From IMG/VR virus record IMGVR_UViG_3300001528_000074: a DNA stretch of 64,000 nucleotides; one strand, written 5' to 3'. The notes under the pieces are model-generated. The model searched no databases. It was not told where the DNA came from and saw nothing but the letters and a program-made list of their open reading frames with translations. Both the position numbers and the translations under genes were made by a program. Shown here piece after piece: positions 20,938 through 35,900 of this stretch (positions within the stretch are counted from its first letter, which is position 1; every line of letters starts with the position of its first letter). Source of the DNA: an uncultured virus (IMG/VR IMGVR_UViG_3300001528_000074). Taxonomy: Duplodnaviria; Heunggongvirae; Uroviricota; Caudoviricetes.

Positions 20938-23900
20938 AAATAACGAAATACACGTTAATACCTTTATTAAAGGTATGAATAGCGATTCTGCTCCAGAGCT
21001 GATGCCTTCTGAGTAGTATCGTTATGCATTGAACATGAGAGTGTCATCATTTACTCCGTTGTACAATGCATTAGAACCTAATTATACATCTGGTGCCATT
21101 GCTCCAGTGCCTGCAGGAAAGGTGTTTGACGGTATCAATATGTCTGGTAGTCAAATTCTTTGCACAGCTAGTACTGATAATGTAGGTATTGTAATAACAG
21201 CGGACGACCCTGACGAAGAAGGACTTAAACTATGGCACCTCTATAGAGTGGTGTTAGACGGTGATAGACCTGTATTCACAGAGATACTTAAAAATGTGAA
21301 TAACAAATACACAAAACGAAACAGAATAAATGCCATACTATCTGTAGATGCTGTAGATTCTATTAAATTATGTTTAGCTGACGGTATACATCCAATAATA
21401 ACTGTAAATGTTTGTGAAGATAATGTAGAATATCTGAATAAGCTGACAGATGTGGATTAGATTATTGACAGATTTTTGTATCCCAGTGAGCAGATATACC
21501 TAAATGCCAAAATCTCAGGAACGTTACCAACCTCTGTGATACAATACTCATACAGATTCTTTAAGAAGAATGGTGTTTGTAGTAAAGTGTCACCGTTGAC
21601 AAAACGTTTTTATACTTGCGACTATACCAAAACGCAAGAAACAGGTAATGCCAATGGTACTTCTACTAGTGTAGGTTACCAATTGAGAATACCTATAGTA
21701 CAAGATGGTACAGATTTTAGTACCGTATTTGATTATTGCCAACTATTCAGAATACAGTATGGTGGTAAGGAAGATACTACTGATACAGAAAGTAATCATT
21801 CCGAAGATAAAGATACGGATACTACAACAAAGGAGTCTGAGCCTACAATAAAAGCGTTTCTTGTACAAGAGTTTAAGTTACCAGAGACCGATACATATTT
21901 GTTAATAAATGATACCGGACTCACACCTTTACAAGAATACACTCTTGATGAGTATGCTACGTTTACTGGCGAAACTATTATACCTCAACACATTGCGTAT
22001 TTACAAAAATCTTTGTTTGCAGCCAACTTTGAAGATATTAGTGTGATTGAAGATGAAGAGTTGTTTGTAAAGAGTCATACGGTATCTGCAGATGTTTCTG
22101 GTATAGTAAGTCTCACCAATCCTATTACCAATCAAACCAAATATGTTTACATCGACGATGTATTCTCTGACGAATATAAAGTATTAAGAGAGAATTATTA
22201 TTATAACAAAGATTCTGATATTAACAAACTAATAATACCAGGTACAATTCATAGACTTATAAAAAAGAATAAGTCTTTGTATATTGTAGGAGGACAGTCC
22301 GAGTATGTTAAATGGAAGCTCGTGGCAAGAGCTGTGCCAATGTATGATGATAACGATCGGCAAAAAAAGATGCGAAGTGTTTCTGCCAAGAAGAATGGTT
22401 CGTTGGATATAAGAGATGTGTTATCAGATGGAAAAGGAACTCTTGTTGTATGGGATGATTAGGAGCGTAACATGATAGTAAAAGAAAGAGATCTTATAGA
22501 ATCATTTAAAATCAATTACGACAAATCTATCTCATATACTAATCTACAGGACTCTATATATGCAAGTAATGCAAGATCTTTGATGCGTGGGGAAACGTAT
22601 AGATATGGTATAATATATTACACCAAGTACGGGCAACGTACTGATGTGCAGTGGATTGATGATATAAAGATTCCAGAATTAAAAGAGATTCCTCCTACTG
22701 TACAATTATCTGATGGTAATTATTCTGTTGTGTTAGGATTAGAGTTTGAAGTTACTGCCAACGGTAAATATGACACATATCAGATAGTAAGATGTCCTAA
22801 ATACAAAGAGTGGTCTAAAACACTTTATCAAGTAGTATGTTCTAAACCAATGAAACAAACTGTGCCTACGCAGGGTAAAGATAGTAAACATTGGAGTGCT
22901 TGGATACCTAATCCATACATATTTGATCAGTATTTACAATACGTAAATATATACTGGTCTTCTACCCCAAGAGCTATAGATTCTTGGAGAGGTGGCTACA
23001 TTAATGGGAATGCAGATATGGTCGGACAGGCTAATGATTTCTTGCCAGGAGATTCAGAAAGAGATATTGTACAAATGTTTTCTGAAGACATTAATGTGAG
23101 AATAGATGATGTATCAAACGCTATTGCGCAATCTAATTGTAATCTATATCCAGCTTACACATACGATGGTCTTAATTTCTGGCAAACAAACCTAGCATTA
23201 AATAATTATGTAGATCACTGGTCGTTTAACGGTAATTGGAAAGTAATACTAGCAATGCTTAAGCACACCAATGTTACCATTAATGGCAGGTGGTATGGAG
23301 GCGATTACGATATTACAGACTGTTTTGATGTCGGATCCAAGTCTAGGAGTAATAGATACAAACAAATTGCGCCTACGTATGATCCTGTGGGAAGTCATCC
23401 TATACGATCTAATGACAATATATATGACGATGGTACAATTCATGATACGAAAGATGATCATACGGCGTTCTTGAGGAGATTCCCAATAGGTTGTACGTAT
23501 GGACAATGTGCAGTATTGAATGGACAAACTGGTATTGCATTCACACCGTCGTTGTGGTATGATGTACTATACTATGACGCATCTGTTACAAAGCTTGCAC
23601 AGGGTATTCATTGTAAAAGCGAGAAAATAGGGTATTCTGCTACATATTATTTCGATACACTGAGCGATCAATCCAGATACACAGGTACCGTTCCGAAAAT
23701 ACTGGCTGTAGAAAAGGCATCTGAGCCCTCTTGGGAGGATGGTTTCTCCGACATTACCAAAGACGGTGATGAAGTAGCCAACGGATCTAAGTCATACAAA
23801 GGAAGTACTTGTTTTGTGGGCGGAAACACTTTTAATAATTGGGTATCTAGTGGTATGTATGATCTTAGAGTGAGTAACAAGGTGTCACAATACGGTACCG

Positions 23901-25699
23901 GTGTTGATTACATGCATACAAACGGCGGCTCTTTTAACGGCTGGAAGAATATAACAGGCGTTGATAATGAGGAGTTGTTTGGAGATGGCGGGTATCAAGG
24001 TGTATATTCGTCATTAACTGGAGGTTTGTACAAAGGAGCTGTTACAAGATCCCTTGGTTCGTGTGGGTGGATAGGTCCTGGTACAAGATGTATTGTGGCA
24101 GCATTGAATAAACCATACGAAATAAAATTCACAAGAGGAACCGGAGCTTTTCTATATTAGGGGCACCTGTTACGTAACTTGTACGAATCTATGAGGAGTG
24201 ATGACCCTGCTGTAACTTGTACTCTTACCAATATACAACACACTGCTACCAATTACAGTGGAATAACAAGAGACTAGTTACAATACGACACATATTATGG
24301 TCACGGTAATTACGGTAAATGTGATGGTACTCCATTATATGTATTTGACGGTGATGTGTTTGTAACACCAGTCGAATTTACTCCTATACACAAAACGTAC
24401 GATTTTAACTCTTCTGCTGACACTATCCCATCGTCTCAAATAAACGAGTATGTAGTAATGGAATCTCAGTTCAATTCATTCTTTGATTATGGTTGTAACT
24501 TTAGAAATACAGGTAATAATAATGTACAATTAGAGCCAGCTGAAATAACAGGCGTATGCGCTCAGGATAGACCACAATATCAACAGAATGGAATATTTGC
24601 TGAGAATAATGTCACATTAGAAAGTTATACAGCAGCTGCTTTACAAAAGTCCAATACATCATTCCCTGCCAGAATAACATATGGTACAGACGATGATCTG
24701 CAAACTACAGACAGCAGAACATTATTTAAGGCTAATAATTACGTAGATGTGGGTACAGATAAAGGTTAGATAACTAATTTGATTGCGCAAGGTAATACGC
24801 TATATTTTTGGCAACTAGGAGCATTCGGTAAACTTGCTGTAAATGAACGTTCACTTGTGGTAGATAAGAATGATAATACTATACAACTTGGCGAAGGTGG
24901 TGTATTGCAGAGACACGACTACATATCTACTCAATACGGTATGCCTATTGATACGAGGAGTGAAGTAATTGCAGAAGAGAAACTGTTCTGGTACGACCCA
25001 AATAAGTTCGCTATAGTTACTGTACAAGAATCTCAAGTCATAGACCTTGGCAAAAAGTTGTATGTACAAAACTTGATAAACTCGAAGTGTTCAAATATTC
25101 GTTATACATCTTTTTACGATGTTGAGGCTAAAGAAATCAACTTTGGCTGTTTTGAAGAAGATGAGAACTATGCGCAGTTAATATTCAATACAAATAATGT
25201 ATTCACATCCATGTATAACAGAAGTTATAATGACTGCCTTAATATGAATGGTATATGTTATTTGTTAAACATGGGGGTGTCAGGTAATGAATGCACAGCT
25301 ACCCGTATTAATTATTTGAACGAAAATACTGGTTTATTAACACCTACTGTATTAGAGTATGTAGTGAATAATATACCTACTTCTACCAAAGTATTTGATG
25401 TACAACAGATAAATACAGTAAGTAGGTATTTTGACAGTACATTTGCACAGAATTTTATGAAAGAAAAGACATTCGGGATAAAGACCAGTATGTATGACAT
25501 TACTACATGTGATGCAGATAAGTTAGAGATAACGGATAAAGAATGTAATATATAGTATGTATTACCTAGATTACATAATGAATCATACGGTAATAGACTT
25601 AGGGGTAAATGGATGGATGTTACAATGATAGACAAGAGCCCTAAACAAGATTATGTCATATCCAGTATAGTGACTAAAACAAGACAATCGTTCTCATGA
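20927..25699 (+). CDS. Tail muzzle / tail stabilisation protein (~1,590 aa, 7 TAG)
   Basis: N-terminus NTFIKGMNSD...[TAG]YRYALNMR; internal RGETYRYGI; C-terminus GNRLRGKW. Five track ORFs in one frame. TGA overlaps the next ATG (ATGA 25696-25699). Confidence 0.8.
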
Positions 25700-27996
25700 G
25701 AAACTTAAAATTATACAAAAGATATCAGAATATACCTACATTTGATATAGGTAAACCTACATTTTCTACCGGATACCAAACGGGTGGTTAGAGTTATGGA
25801 GGTTAGTTTAGTATAGATAAACAGGCTAATGATTTTAGTGGAGATGCTAATTAGTATAGACGATCTGCTTCTTCTACCATAACAAGTGGTCTTGTAAACA
25901 TGGGTGCCAACATCGCTACGCAGATGGGTACAATGGCTGCATCGCAAGCTCTTGCTAAATCTGCCGAAAAAGGTGGTGAAACAGCTGCAGCAAACGCTGC
26001 AACTACTGCATCAAATGTAGCTGGATATGCAGCAGGTGGTCTTGGTTTAGCAATGGGTGGTCTAGGCATAGCTGATGCTGTAAGTAATTTTGGTACAGCG
26101 TTGACAAGTGGTCAGTTGTCAGCAGCGTCCGCTAAAGGAAAAGGATCCATAGGAGGTATACAATACGATGTGGACTACGGTGTCAACACAGACAGTGTAA
26201 TGAATCTATAGAAATAGTATGATAGAGCAAATAATGCAGCTCTTAAGTCGTCGTCCATGACGGCCGGTGCCGGTGCAGGAGCCATTGCTGGTACAGCCTT
26301 AGGCGCTTCTGGTGCTACAATAGGTGGTTTGGCGGGGTCATGGCTCGGGCCTGTCGGATCAGCTGTAGGAGCAGGTTTGGGATTGTTGTTCGGCGGTCTG
26401 TTTGGCGGTAATCATGAAGACGAGATGAAAGAAATGGTTAGAAAACAAACTATCGGAGCTGATGCATCTAACTATCAGAACGAAGCTGCAGCATCATCTA
26501 AAGCTATACGTCAACAATACGCACAATCACACGGTGTAGCTGATTATGGTAAGAACGTGGGACAATCTTTAGGCTATGGTGATATAAGCCGTATAATGAC
26601 CCCTAATGGGCCTTCTACAGGCGTTGTACAGGGTATGGCTTCACCTGACGAAGGGTCTATAGATATGAGCACAGGAGAGACGCAATATCATGGAAATCCT
26701 AATCCTAACGCACAAGACCCTCGTGTTGACAACATACCTGTAGGAGGTGATAACTTCAACGAGAATGTAGCTATACCAGGCCATGAAAGAGATGTGGAAG
26801 ATGGTATAATGTTTGCAGACAAAGCAAGACCATACTTCAAAGCTAACGAAATGATAAAGATGTACCAATAGTAGGTACAGAGTAGACATGAACAGTTTAC
26901 ACAAGATAATGAGAACCATAAGTATCGCAATGACGCAACTAAAGAATATATGCAAAAGCGTGCTGATAAACAAAAAGAACAAGCTGATCAGTTGCTTCAA
27001 CAACAGTATCAACAAAATTCTCAACAAATTGCAAGAATTGCTCAAAAACAACAACAGCAGCAAACTCTTAAAGAAGAAATGATGAACATGTAGAACTATT
27101 ATATGGATGGTGGTAAATATCTACCTACATATGACCCTGGTAAGTTCTGGGGCAATCTTTGGAATGGTGTCAAAAGTGTAGGTAGTGGTATAGGTAATGT
27201 ACTGTCACAAGAAGGTGATACTCTATTAGGTATTACTTCACGTATACCAGGTCTTATAAATGAGCGTAGTATCATAGGTGAAAAGGGTGATATACCTCGT
27301 ATATCTGTAAGTAACAAATATGCTCCTGCTGCATTATAGACACTAAATAATCTTTCATACAATCCGTCAGCTGAGATGAGAGGTCTTACTCAACAGCAGG
27401 CTAGAAATCTATATGGAATACGTAATGCTACCAACCTAAGTGCTGGGCAGAAAGCTGCTTTAGCTAATGCTTCTAATAATCAGATTAGACAAGCTAGACA
27501 TGACATACTTGTAGATGCATATAATAAGAACGCTCAGTATAAACAAGCTTATGCTAATGCATTGATGCAGGCAGGAGAACAGCAAGCTAGTAGAGATTAT
27601 AATGCTCAAGCTGCTTACAATGATGCTTATATTAAACAGAATGCTTCATACGTAAGTAACCTACTTGCTCATAATAAGAATGTACAGAGTGCCATAAGTC
27701 AGACTCTACAAGATAGATCTACTAAAGAGTTTCGTGATAAGATGTATGATTTGTGGAACCGTTCTATGGACAACTCCGATCCATCAAATGGATATTCTAC
27801 TGTTTCTCTTAGAAGATTAGGTCTCAACAAGAGAGATCGTAATGTTGCAAATAATCTCGGAATGCTCAATTTGTCTATAGATAACACCTTGACTGGTAAT
27901 ATTCCTTCTTTGAATTTACCTATACCAAACAATCCTTGGGCGAGTGTTAATATACCACAGTTTGAGAATGAATATACTAAGAAATACGGATGGTAA
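25696..27996 (+). CDS. Putative cargo/ejection protein with glycine-zipper hydrophobic segments (766 aa, 9 TAG)
   Basis: Four track ORFs plus their gaps are in one frame. GAGAGAIAGTALG...GPVGSAVGAGLGLLFGGLFG; Gln-rich coil; IPTFDIGK / LPTYDPGK motifs. Confidence 0.7.
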
Positions 27997-28002
27997 TAAA
28001 CT

Positions 28003-29952
28003 ATGATACTAGGATATGAACAACCTGTCGAAATGCCTACAATGAGCATTTACGACAAGGATATGATGAAGATGTATTTAGGTGCTCTGTAGAAAGATTA
28101 TGAGCAAGGCTTGCAAGAATAGAAAGAGTTCTATAAAACATACGGAGATTTTGTAGCAGCTACAAAAAAGGACGCAGAGTACTGGAATAACAATACTATA
28201 GGAAAGATACAAAATTTCGTTGCGAACAATCCTAATGCAATGAGAAGTGTAGAGGGTAGAGCACAGATAAGATAGCTTATTAATTCTATTCCACAAGCTG
28301 AATTGTCAAATATAAGAGCTACAGCAAAGGCAGCTGATTTGTACAATGCGGCTAAAGCAAAACTTATTACAGAAGGTAAATACAACCCAGATCTAGAAAA
28401 GCAAACTGGTACATATCTAGACGATTGGGATTCAGCAAAACAAGGAGCGTTTACAGCAACTTCTCCCAATTCTTTGCAAACTATACAAGAATTGGTATTA
28501 CCTACTATTAATGAACTACAACAATCTTATCGTTATGACGACGCATTGACCAAACAAAGACACGATGGATATCGTTATAGTACGGTTAGTAATCAGCGTG
28601 TTACAGAGGCTCTTAATGGCAACTATATGGATTTGATGAATAAACCAAGTATGCAATACTATAAAAATAGGTTTATGGCTCAAAATCCAAATGCTACGGA
28701 ACAGGACTTCAAGAATATGATATTCAAACAAGTTAGATCTCAACTTGGAGAAAAGACTGAAAAAGATGATCTATTCTTTGCCAACCTTGATTATCAACAC
28801 AAACTTGCATTGTAGCGTCAAGCACAGGCTGTACAACGAGCATTAGCTGAAGCAAAAAGACAGTCGAAAGATAAAAATAGTGGTGACAACAACCAAACGT
28901 TGTATTTGTCTAATAGGTTAGGATACAGAGCTGCTGCACAGACAGCATTAGATTTAAGCCCAGCGATGTCAGCAGGGAAACTATCAGCATATTGGGAACA
29001 GAAAGCTTCTGATGAAAAGAATAAAGATGTAAAAAAGAAGTATGAAAACTATTCTAAATTGTGGTCAGGGTTCAACAAAATGTCTGAGAAGGAGCAAACA
29101 AAAATGCTTGAGACATACGGTCTTGCTAAAAATGGTCAACTTACTTCTAAATATGAAAAACTTGTAAGTGCAGCTTCTGGCGTAGGTGCTACCGGATTTA
29201 AGACTATACAAAAAGACGGTAGGACTTATCACCTAAATAGCGTAGCTTCAGGCACTGCTAAAGCAATATAGTTATATAATACAGGTACTACTAATGTGTA
29301 CGGTACTGAAGTAGAAGCAATGGCTCAGGAAGTATTCGGAAACAAACAGAAGAACGGATTCTATAAAGTAACATTCGGCGGTAATGTACAGCCATTAAGA
29401 TTTAGAGCAAGATCTACTGCAGGTATACGTAACTCTAGAAGTGGAGATACTGTGTTGTACAACTGGTTAAAGAATAATAAAGTTTCTGGTAATTTGTTTG
29501 GTTATAGTAATGCGAGAACCGGAGTTAAAGGTGGTAATGTAGACATGTCAAACCTTGATGTTACTGTAAATCTCGGAACCATGTTACGATTCTGCGATTA
29601 TGCTCGTAAACACGGTGTATCGGACGGATATGGACATAAGATTCGTAGCAACACTACCGATGAACAGATATTAGCATCATTTGGTATGAATGTTGTAGAT
29701 TATGCTGGTAATCCTATTAAGATTACAGAATCCATGAGAGAGTCTGTAAATGCCAAAGGTAAGAAAACTACATCTAATAGTAAGTCATCATCACAACTCG
29801 AACACACATACGTAAATATACCTACAAATGTCACAATGCCTAATGAACAGGGTTCTTGGTATTCTATAAACAGAAGAGATGCTAAAAATCTCGGTGGACA
29901 AAAATACGCATCTGATAGAAACGAAGATATGGTAGCAGAAAGTATTGAATAA
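28003..29952 (+). CDS. Putative cargo protein (649 aa, 5 TAG)
   Basis: ATG 28003 is in frame with track ORFs 28303, 28900 and 29296; only TAG interruptions. Confidence 0.65.
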
Positions 29953-29954
29953 TT

Positions 29955-32900
29955 ATGGTTAAAAATAAAGCTGATATAATAAATTAGGTAAGAAATAGTG
30001 GTATAAATAAAACATCTAGAGCAAGCAGTGATTTTTACAACACTGCTTCTCCTGATGGATCTTTTGCCACAGATTATGGTAATGACATCTATACTGATCC
30101 TGATATGTTTGGGAGTTAGATAGATGAATACAAAGATAACTTACCAGAAGAAGAACAACCAGTACAAGAAGATAACTCTAGTTTTGTAGGAGATTTAGTA
30201 GACACAGCTAGAAAGCTTACCCAAGAAGTATGGAGAAATGCATTTGAAGCTGATTTGGGTAAAGTAGAGAAAGAAAATAGCGAGCTTGAAGCTATTGATG
30301 TTCTAGACAACTATAAGAAGACTGTAGACGAATATAATAAGGTTATTGTGGAGTACAAATCTGCAGCCAGACAACGTTTGATAGGTGCTTCAATCGAGCA
30401 AATTCAACAGCATAATGATCGTTTGCAACAATTAAAGTCAAAAATTGCAGATCTTGACAGCCGTATCGATATGTACGACGAATGGATTCGTACAAAAGGT
30501 ATATATACAGAAGCTATTGCCAATCAAATGTTTGATACTTCCAAATTAAGTACGGAAGAGTATACGAACGTTGTAAACAGAGGTACTTATGGAAGTAGTG
30601 GTTTAGCTGGAACTGTAAAAAGATTAAGAGATGACTGGAAAGAAATAACAAACGGAGAAAATTACAAAGCTTCTGATCTACTCAGTCCTACAGCATGGTT
30701 AAGAGGCGCAGGTAAAGCTATCGGATATGCTGGTGATGTTATTACTGCTATCGGAGAAGGTGCAATGGGTTTTTTGTATAATTGTATACCACAGACCGCT
30801 GATCGTAGAAAAGTAGATTTTATCTTAAGTAAGGACGAACAAAAAGATGTAGCAAGTCCTGAGACTCAGAAATATATAGACTATCTTGTAAACAAGATGT
30901 ATAAAGGTAGAAATCTTTCCGGTAGGAAACTTACTTCAAAGGAGAGAGAGAATGTAATACACCTCAATGGAGACTTTACAGATCCAGACAAGATAAAAGA
31001 ATGGAAAGACGAACATCGAGAAAGAATTAAAGAGCTCACAGAAGAACTTAATATGGATAGGAATGCTATTCATCAAGGTCGTTTTAAGATGTTTGTCGGA
31101 CCAATGTCGTTTGTACCAGATTTTATGAACCCTACTATAAAATGGTACAATCCAGAAGATATATCAGAGGCTTATAACGCAGGATATGATAAATATAATT
31201 CTGACAAACAGGCTACTGAAGAAAATAAAGGATGGTTATCTGGTCTTATAGAAAGTACTGTAAAACACCCATTATACGCAATTGTTGGTACAGGATCTAC
31301 AATATCATTGTTTAAAAATCAACTGTATGCAATGGGCGTATCTCAAGGATTTGCTATATTGTTGAGTTTTATAGTAACTAAAAATCCAGCATTAGCAATG
31401 AGTGTAAAATTTGCTCAAGCTGCAAAATATGCACAAAATGCCGTATCAATTGGAGCTGGTGTCGCAGGTGCATACAATAGTCGTATTGAAGAGACTGGGA
31501 TGGAGAAACTCCAAGCTATTCAGGAAAAGTTGTATGACGATCTTATCAAAAGAGGCGTTAACTATGGGCAATTACTTAGTAATATAAAAACGAAGCTTAC
31601 AAACGATTTTAAATTAGACGTAAGTGATTACAACGATCAAGAATTGCTGGAAGCTGCCATTTCTTACAATCTTACAGATATCGTACCAGGATTAAAAGAT
31701 TCACAAAAAGGTATCGAAAAACTTGTCAATGCTAATAATGCGCTTGCTGTAAAAGATTATCTAGAGACACTTCCTTTTATGAAGTTTGAAGGCAGTTTCT
31801 TAAAGAATACTCTCTCAAGAGGCAGAGAGGCTGCTGGGAAAGTTGCTCAATTAGGTAGGAAAGGAGTGTCTAAGATACCACAAAGTGACAAGCTGTTAAG
31901 TGTGTATGACAAAACCAAATCTGCTGTAGGAGCATATAAAAATAAAGTGTTTGATAAATTTATATCACACGACGCTGATTTTATTAGAAGTGCTAATGGT
32001 AGAATGCTTGCTTATGCTGGTAGAAAAGCAAAAGGTGCTGCTAAAATATTAGCATACGAAGGAGTACTTGAAGGAGGTGAAGAGGGAGTACAGACTATAC
32101 TTTCTAAAAACTTTAGAAATGGATTGTATGATGACTCCACTAATAAACAAGAGTCAATGTTCGATCTTAACGAACTGCTCAACCTTCCTGGATTGTATTC
32201 GAGAGCATACCTTGATTATTTCGGATTGAATGATGATGACCCATATAACGCAGATCCAGAGCTTAGAAAAGCGATGAATATCGGTTATGCTTCTTCTATT
32301 ATGTTTTCTGGACTAATTGGAGCTGCACATAGCGCATCTACTAATATTAGAAACAATCCTTATGATGACAATCTAAGGCAGCTCAGGCAACAAATAAAGT
32401 CAGATAGAATTGTCGATGATATAATTTCTTCATACGCAAAACGAGCACAAGATCACGACCATATAGGAATATATTTTGACCGTTTTAAAGAGAATAATAA
32501 AAGTATTGTAAGCCTTATTAGATCGCTAAACGATATGAAGGATAATCTTCCTGCAGATTCGTAGATTAGTAAAGAGGACTTGGATGCTGATATAAGGCTT
32601 GCTAATAACACATACAATATATTCAATTCTGAATACATAAACAAACACCTTGAGCAAAAAGGTATTTTTAAAACAAAAAATAAAGGTGGTATAAAGTTTG
32701 GCAGTGATCAACATAAACAGATTGTAATAGACGGAGCTACTGCTATCACAGACCTTGAAATGACAGCTGATCTTATTGAATCTCAGCGTAAGAAGTTTGC
32801 AAACATGTCCGAAGAATTTGATAAAACAGTAGAGGCTCTTACATCTGATCAAACTTTAGAAGAGGAAAAAGAAGCATTGCGCAAAAAGAATCCTGGTTTA

Positions 32901-35900
32901 GCAGCAGCACTGGATATTATTTCTGAGAAATTTAAAAAAGACCAACCTAAACGCAAGAAATATTATCAACGACAGTTCGACAAGGCAGATACTTTATATA
33001 GTGAAGAAAATCCTGACAAAAACAGTGCTACAGATACCACTAAACGTAGACGAGCTTTTGTAAACAGATATTGGGATTATATAAAAGACGGTGTTAATGG
33101 TCTATCCAAAGAACAAGTTTTTGAACAAGTAGATGCTCACTATGGTCAAGAAGGTCTTGGTGAAGGAGAGTTTGCTATAAATCCATTGTGGGATAGTTTA
33201 AGGGAAACTTTCTTTGAAAAAGAAGAGATATACAGAAATAATATCTTAGCAGGAGTCTTTAGATTGATTAACAAACGTGCAAGAAAAGATTTACACGAAA
33301 AACTCAGTGATGTAAATCAGAGAAATTTGTTTATTAAAAAAGAGACCGGTCTGGATATAAATCTCGATAGACTCAATGGTTTGGTTGACGAGATAGGTAA
33401 ATAGGTGGAAGAAGACGAAAGACACTCTAAAGAATTTTCTGATAAATACGGCACGACAGAAGATGAATTATTTGACGAATTCATAAATAATATAACAAGT
33501 GATTATACAAATAAAGAAGATTCTAAGAACAGTGAGCAATTTGGAGATGTTATAAGTAATCTTGTGAAAAGTCTTACTTTAAACAATGCGTCATATATAC
33601 TACAATCACAAGTAGCTAAAATCTACACTGGTACTCCGATAGACGTAGATAAAGTAAGAAATATAGTTTGGGGTGACAAAAAAACTTCTGTAGACGATTT
33701 CGTAGATCAACAGAAAAAAATATCCGAGCAGGTAAACAAACGTGGAGAATTAGAATCAGACGTATCAAACCTCGACATAATGGCTCTTACTAGAGAATTT
33801 ACAAGAATATCAGACAAAGCTTCTTGGGCAATGATTCTAGAAAGAGAAAAGGATCATGAACAACGCAGACTTATCGCAAGAAGACGTTGGGAGGAAGAAG
33901 ATTCTGAGGCTATTACAGGAGAGCAACCATCTACAGAATCTACCGTTTCAGAACAATCGCAAGAAGATGAAGAAGTTCAAACAGGTAGATCTAAAGTAAG
34001 TACGGGGAGAAGCTCTTCGGACAATGCACTAGATACTGCTATTACAGGAGGTAAGAAGTTTAGAGCAGGTGTTGACACAGATTCTATTAGACAGCAAGCT
34101 GAAGAGCGTAAAAAACAAACTGCTGAACAGGAGCAAACCTCTGAAGAAAAGGAGAAAGGTACTAACGAGTCCAAAACACCTCCTGAAGGATAGACTAAGC
34201 AGGGAGAGAGTCCTAGCGTAAAAGCTCAAGATGATAAAGAATCAACCCCAGTTCCACGTGAGAATAGTCCTGTTGAAGGAGAAGCCGAACAAGAGCCTGA
34301 AAGTACACCACAAACGCCTACCCCAGTAGAATCTGGTACAGAAAGTACTACAAATACAGAAACTCCTCCAGCAGAAAAAGCTGAACCTATAGACGATACT
34401 GAAGATGAAACTACCGTAGATGATAGTTTTGACGAAGAACCTGTTATCGACGACGATTTTGAGGAAGAGCCAAGTGATGTTTTAGGCGAACAAGAAGATT
34501 ATGAGCAAAGTATGTCATTAGCTGATGCAGGTGCTATTGAGTGGGAAGATGACATTGAATGGGACGATGAAGATCAAACATATCGAGTACACGGAGAGCC
34601 TCTTTCTCATGAAGAATCTGAAAAACTTGAAGATGAGCTTCTACTACTCGGAATGGTTGAAACAACTGGTGTATCTCAAGAGTATTTACCAGACGGTACT
34701 TAGGTTACTAGAGAGCAGAAACGTGTATTAATAGATAAGAACAGCATAGGTGACCTTGTAAGTAGGACATGCTTCTATCAACCAGATGCTACAGAACCTG
34801 TAAAGCTCACAGTAAACGGACAAGAAATTAAGTTTGATAAACCTGTAAGACCTGGCTCAGAATTAGCTCAACGTTTAACAGAGAAAGATTTTCTTAAGAA
34901 TGCTAAGAAATATTATGTAGTATCACAAGCATCTGCTGAAATCGTATCTGAAGATCCACGAGATGCTATGACTATATCTTTAGTAATAGAATCAGATGAT
35001 GCTGTATATATTACAGTACTACGTGGTCTTGGTAAAACAAAGTCTGAATATAAACATAAAAGAAAACAGTCTATTGCTAAGAACGAAGAAGATGGTGATT
35101 TATATTTACGCTATTGGGAGTCTGTAAATGTAGTTGACGGATTTGTTACTACAGATAAAGAAGCAGATCTTGTTCAGTGGTTGGAGATGTAGAACTTAGA
35201 CATGGATAAGATAGAAAGGATATATGAACAAATGTTCGGTGGTCAAGCATTAGACATGTCTAAAGAAAAAACAAGACGTTTCGCATACACAAGTGTTCTT
35301 ATGCAACTTGCTAAGAACAACTTTATAAACTGGTCAATGTCTGTAAAAAGTCCGTTTACAGAAGCCGTTTATAATAGAACTCACAACGAATCAGAAGAAG
35401 CTGGTAGAAAAGCTGCTGAGAAATTGTGGTACTCTAAACTAAAAGGAGAAGGTTCAGATAAGACGTATGTTGATACTAAAAAGTCTTTCTTAGAACAAGC
35501 ACGACAATCATTAGCAATTCCTGGTAAAAGAGTCCTTACTACAGGACAAATCAAGACACAAATTGCTAAGTTGCGTGAAAACAGAAATGCTATCATAGAT
35601 GCATACACTAAATTAGCTGGTACAGATAAAGAAGGAAATGTTGTATTACCAACAACACCTATTAAAGACATACATCCTACCAATGTAAACCTGAGTAATG
35701 GTAGATTTGACGTAATGCCTAACAATCCAGACGGAACACCTAGGTTTAGAGGTATTCTTGAGACTTCTAAAGGTGATGTATCAATAGACGAATACAATGA
35801 AAAAGTTAAGTCTGGTGAAGTTGTTCTTGGTTACGGTACTGGAGTATTCGGACATAATCAGTATGAGATAAAAGCCCTTAACGGTGAACAATCTGTATTC

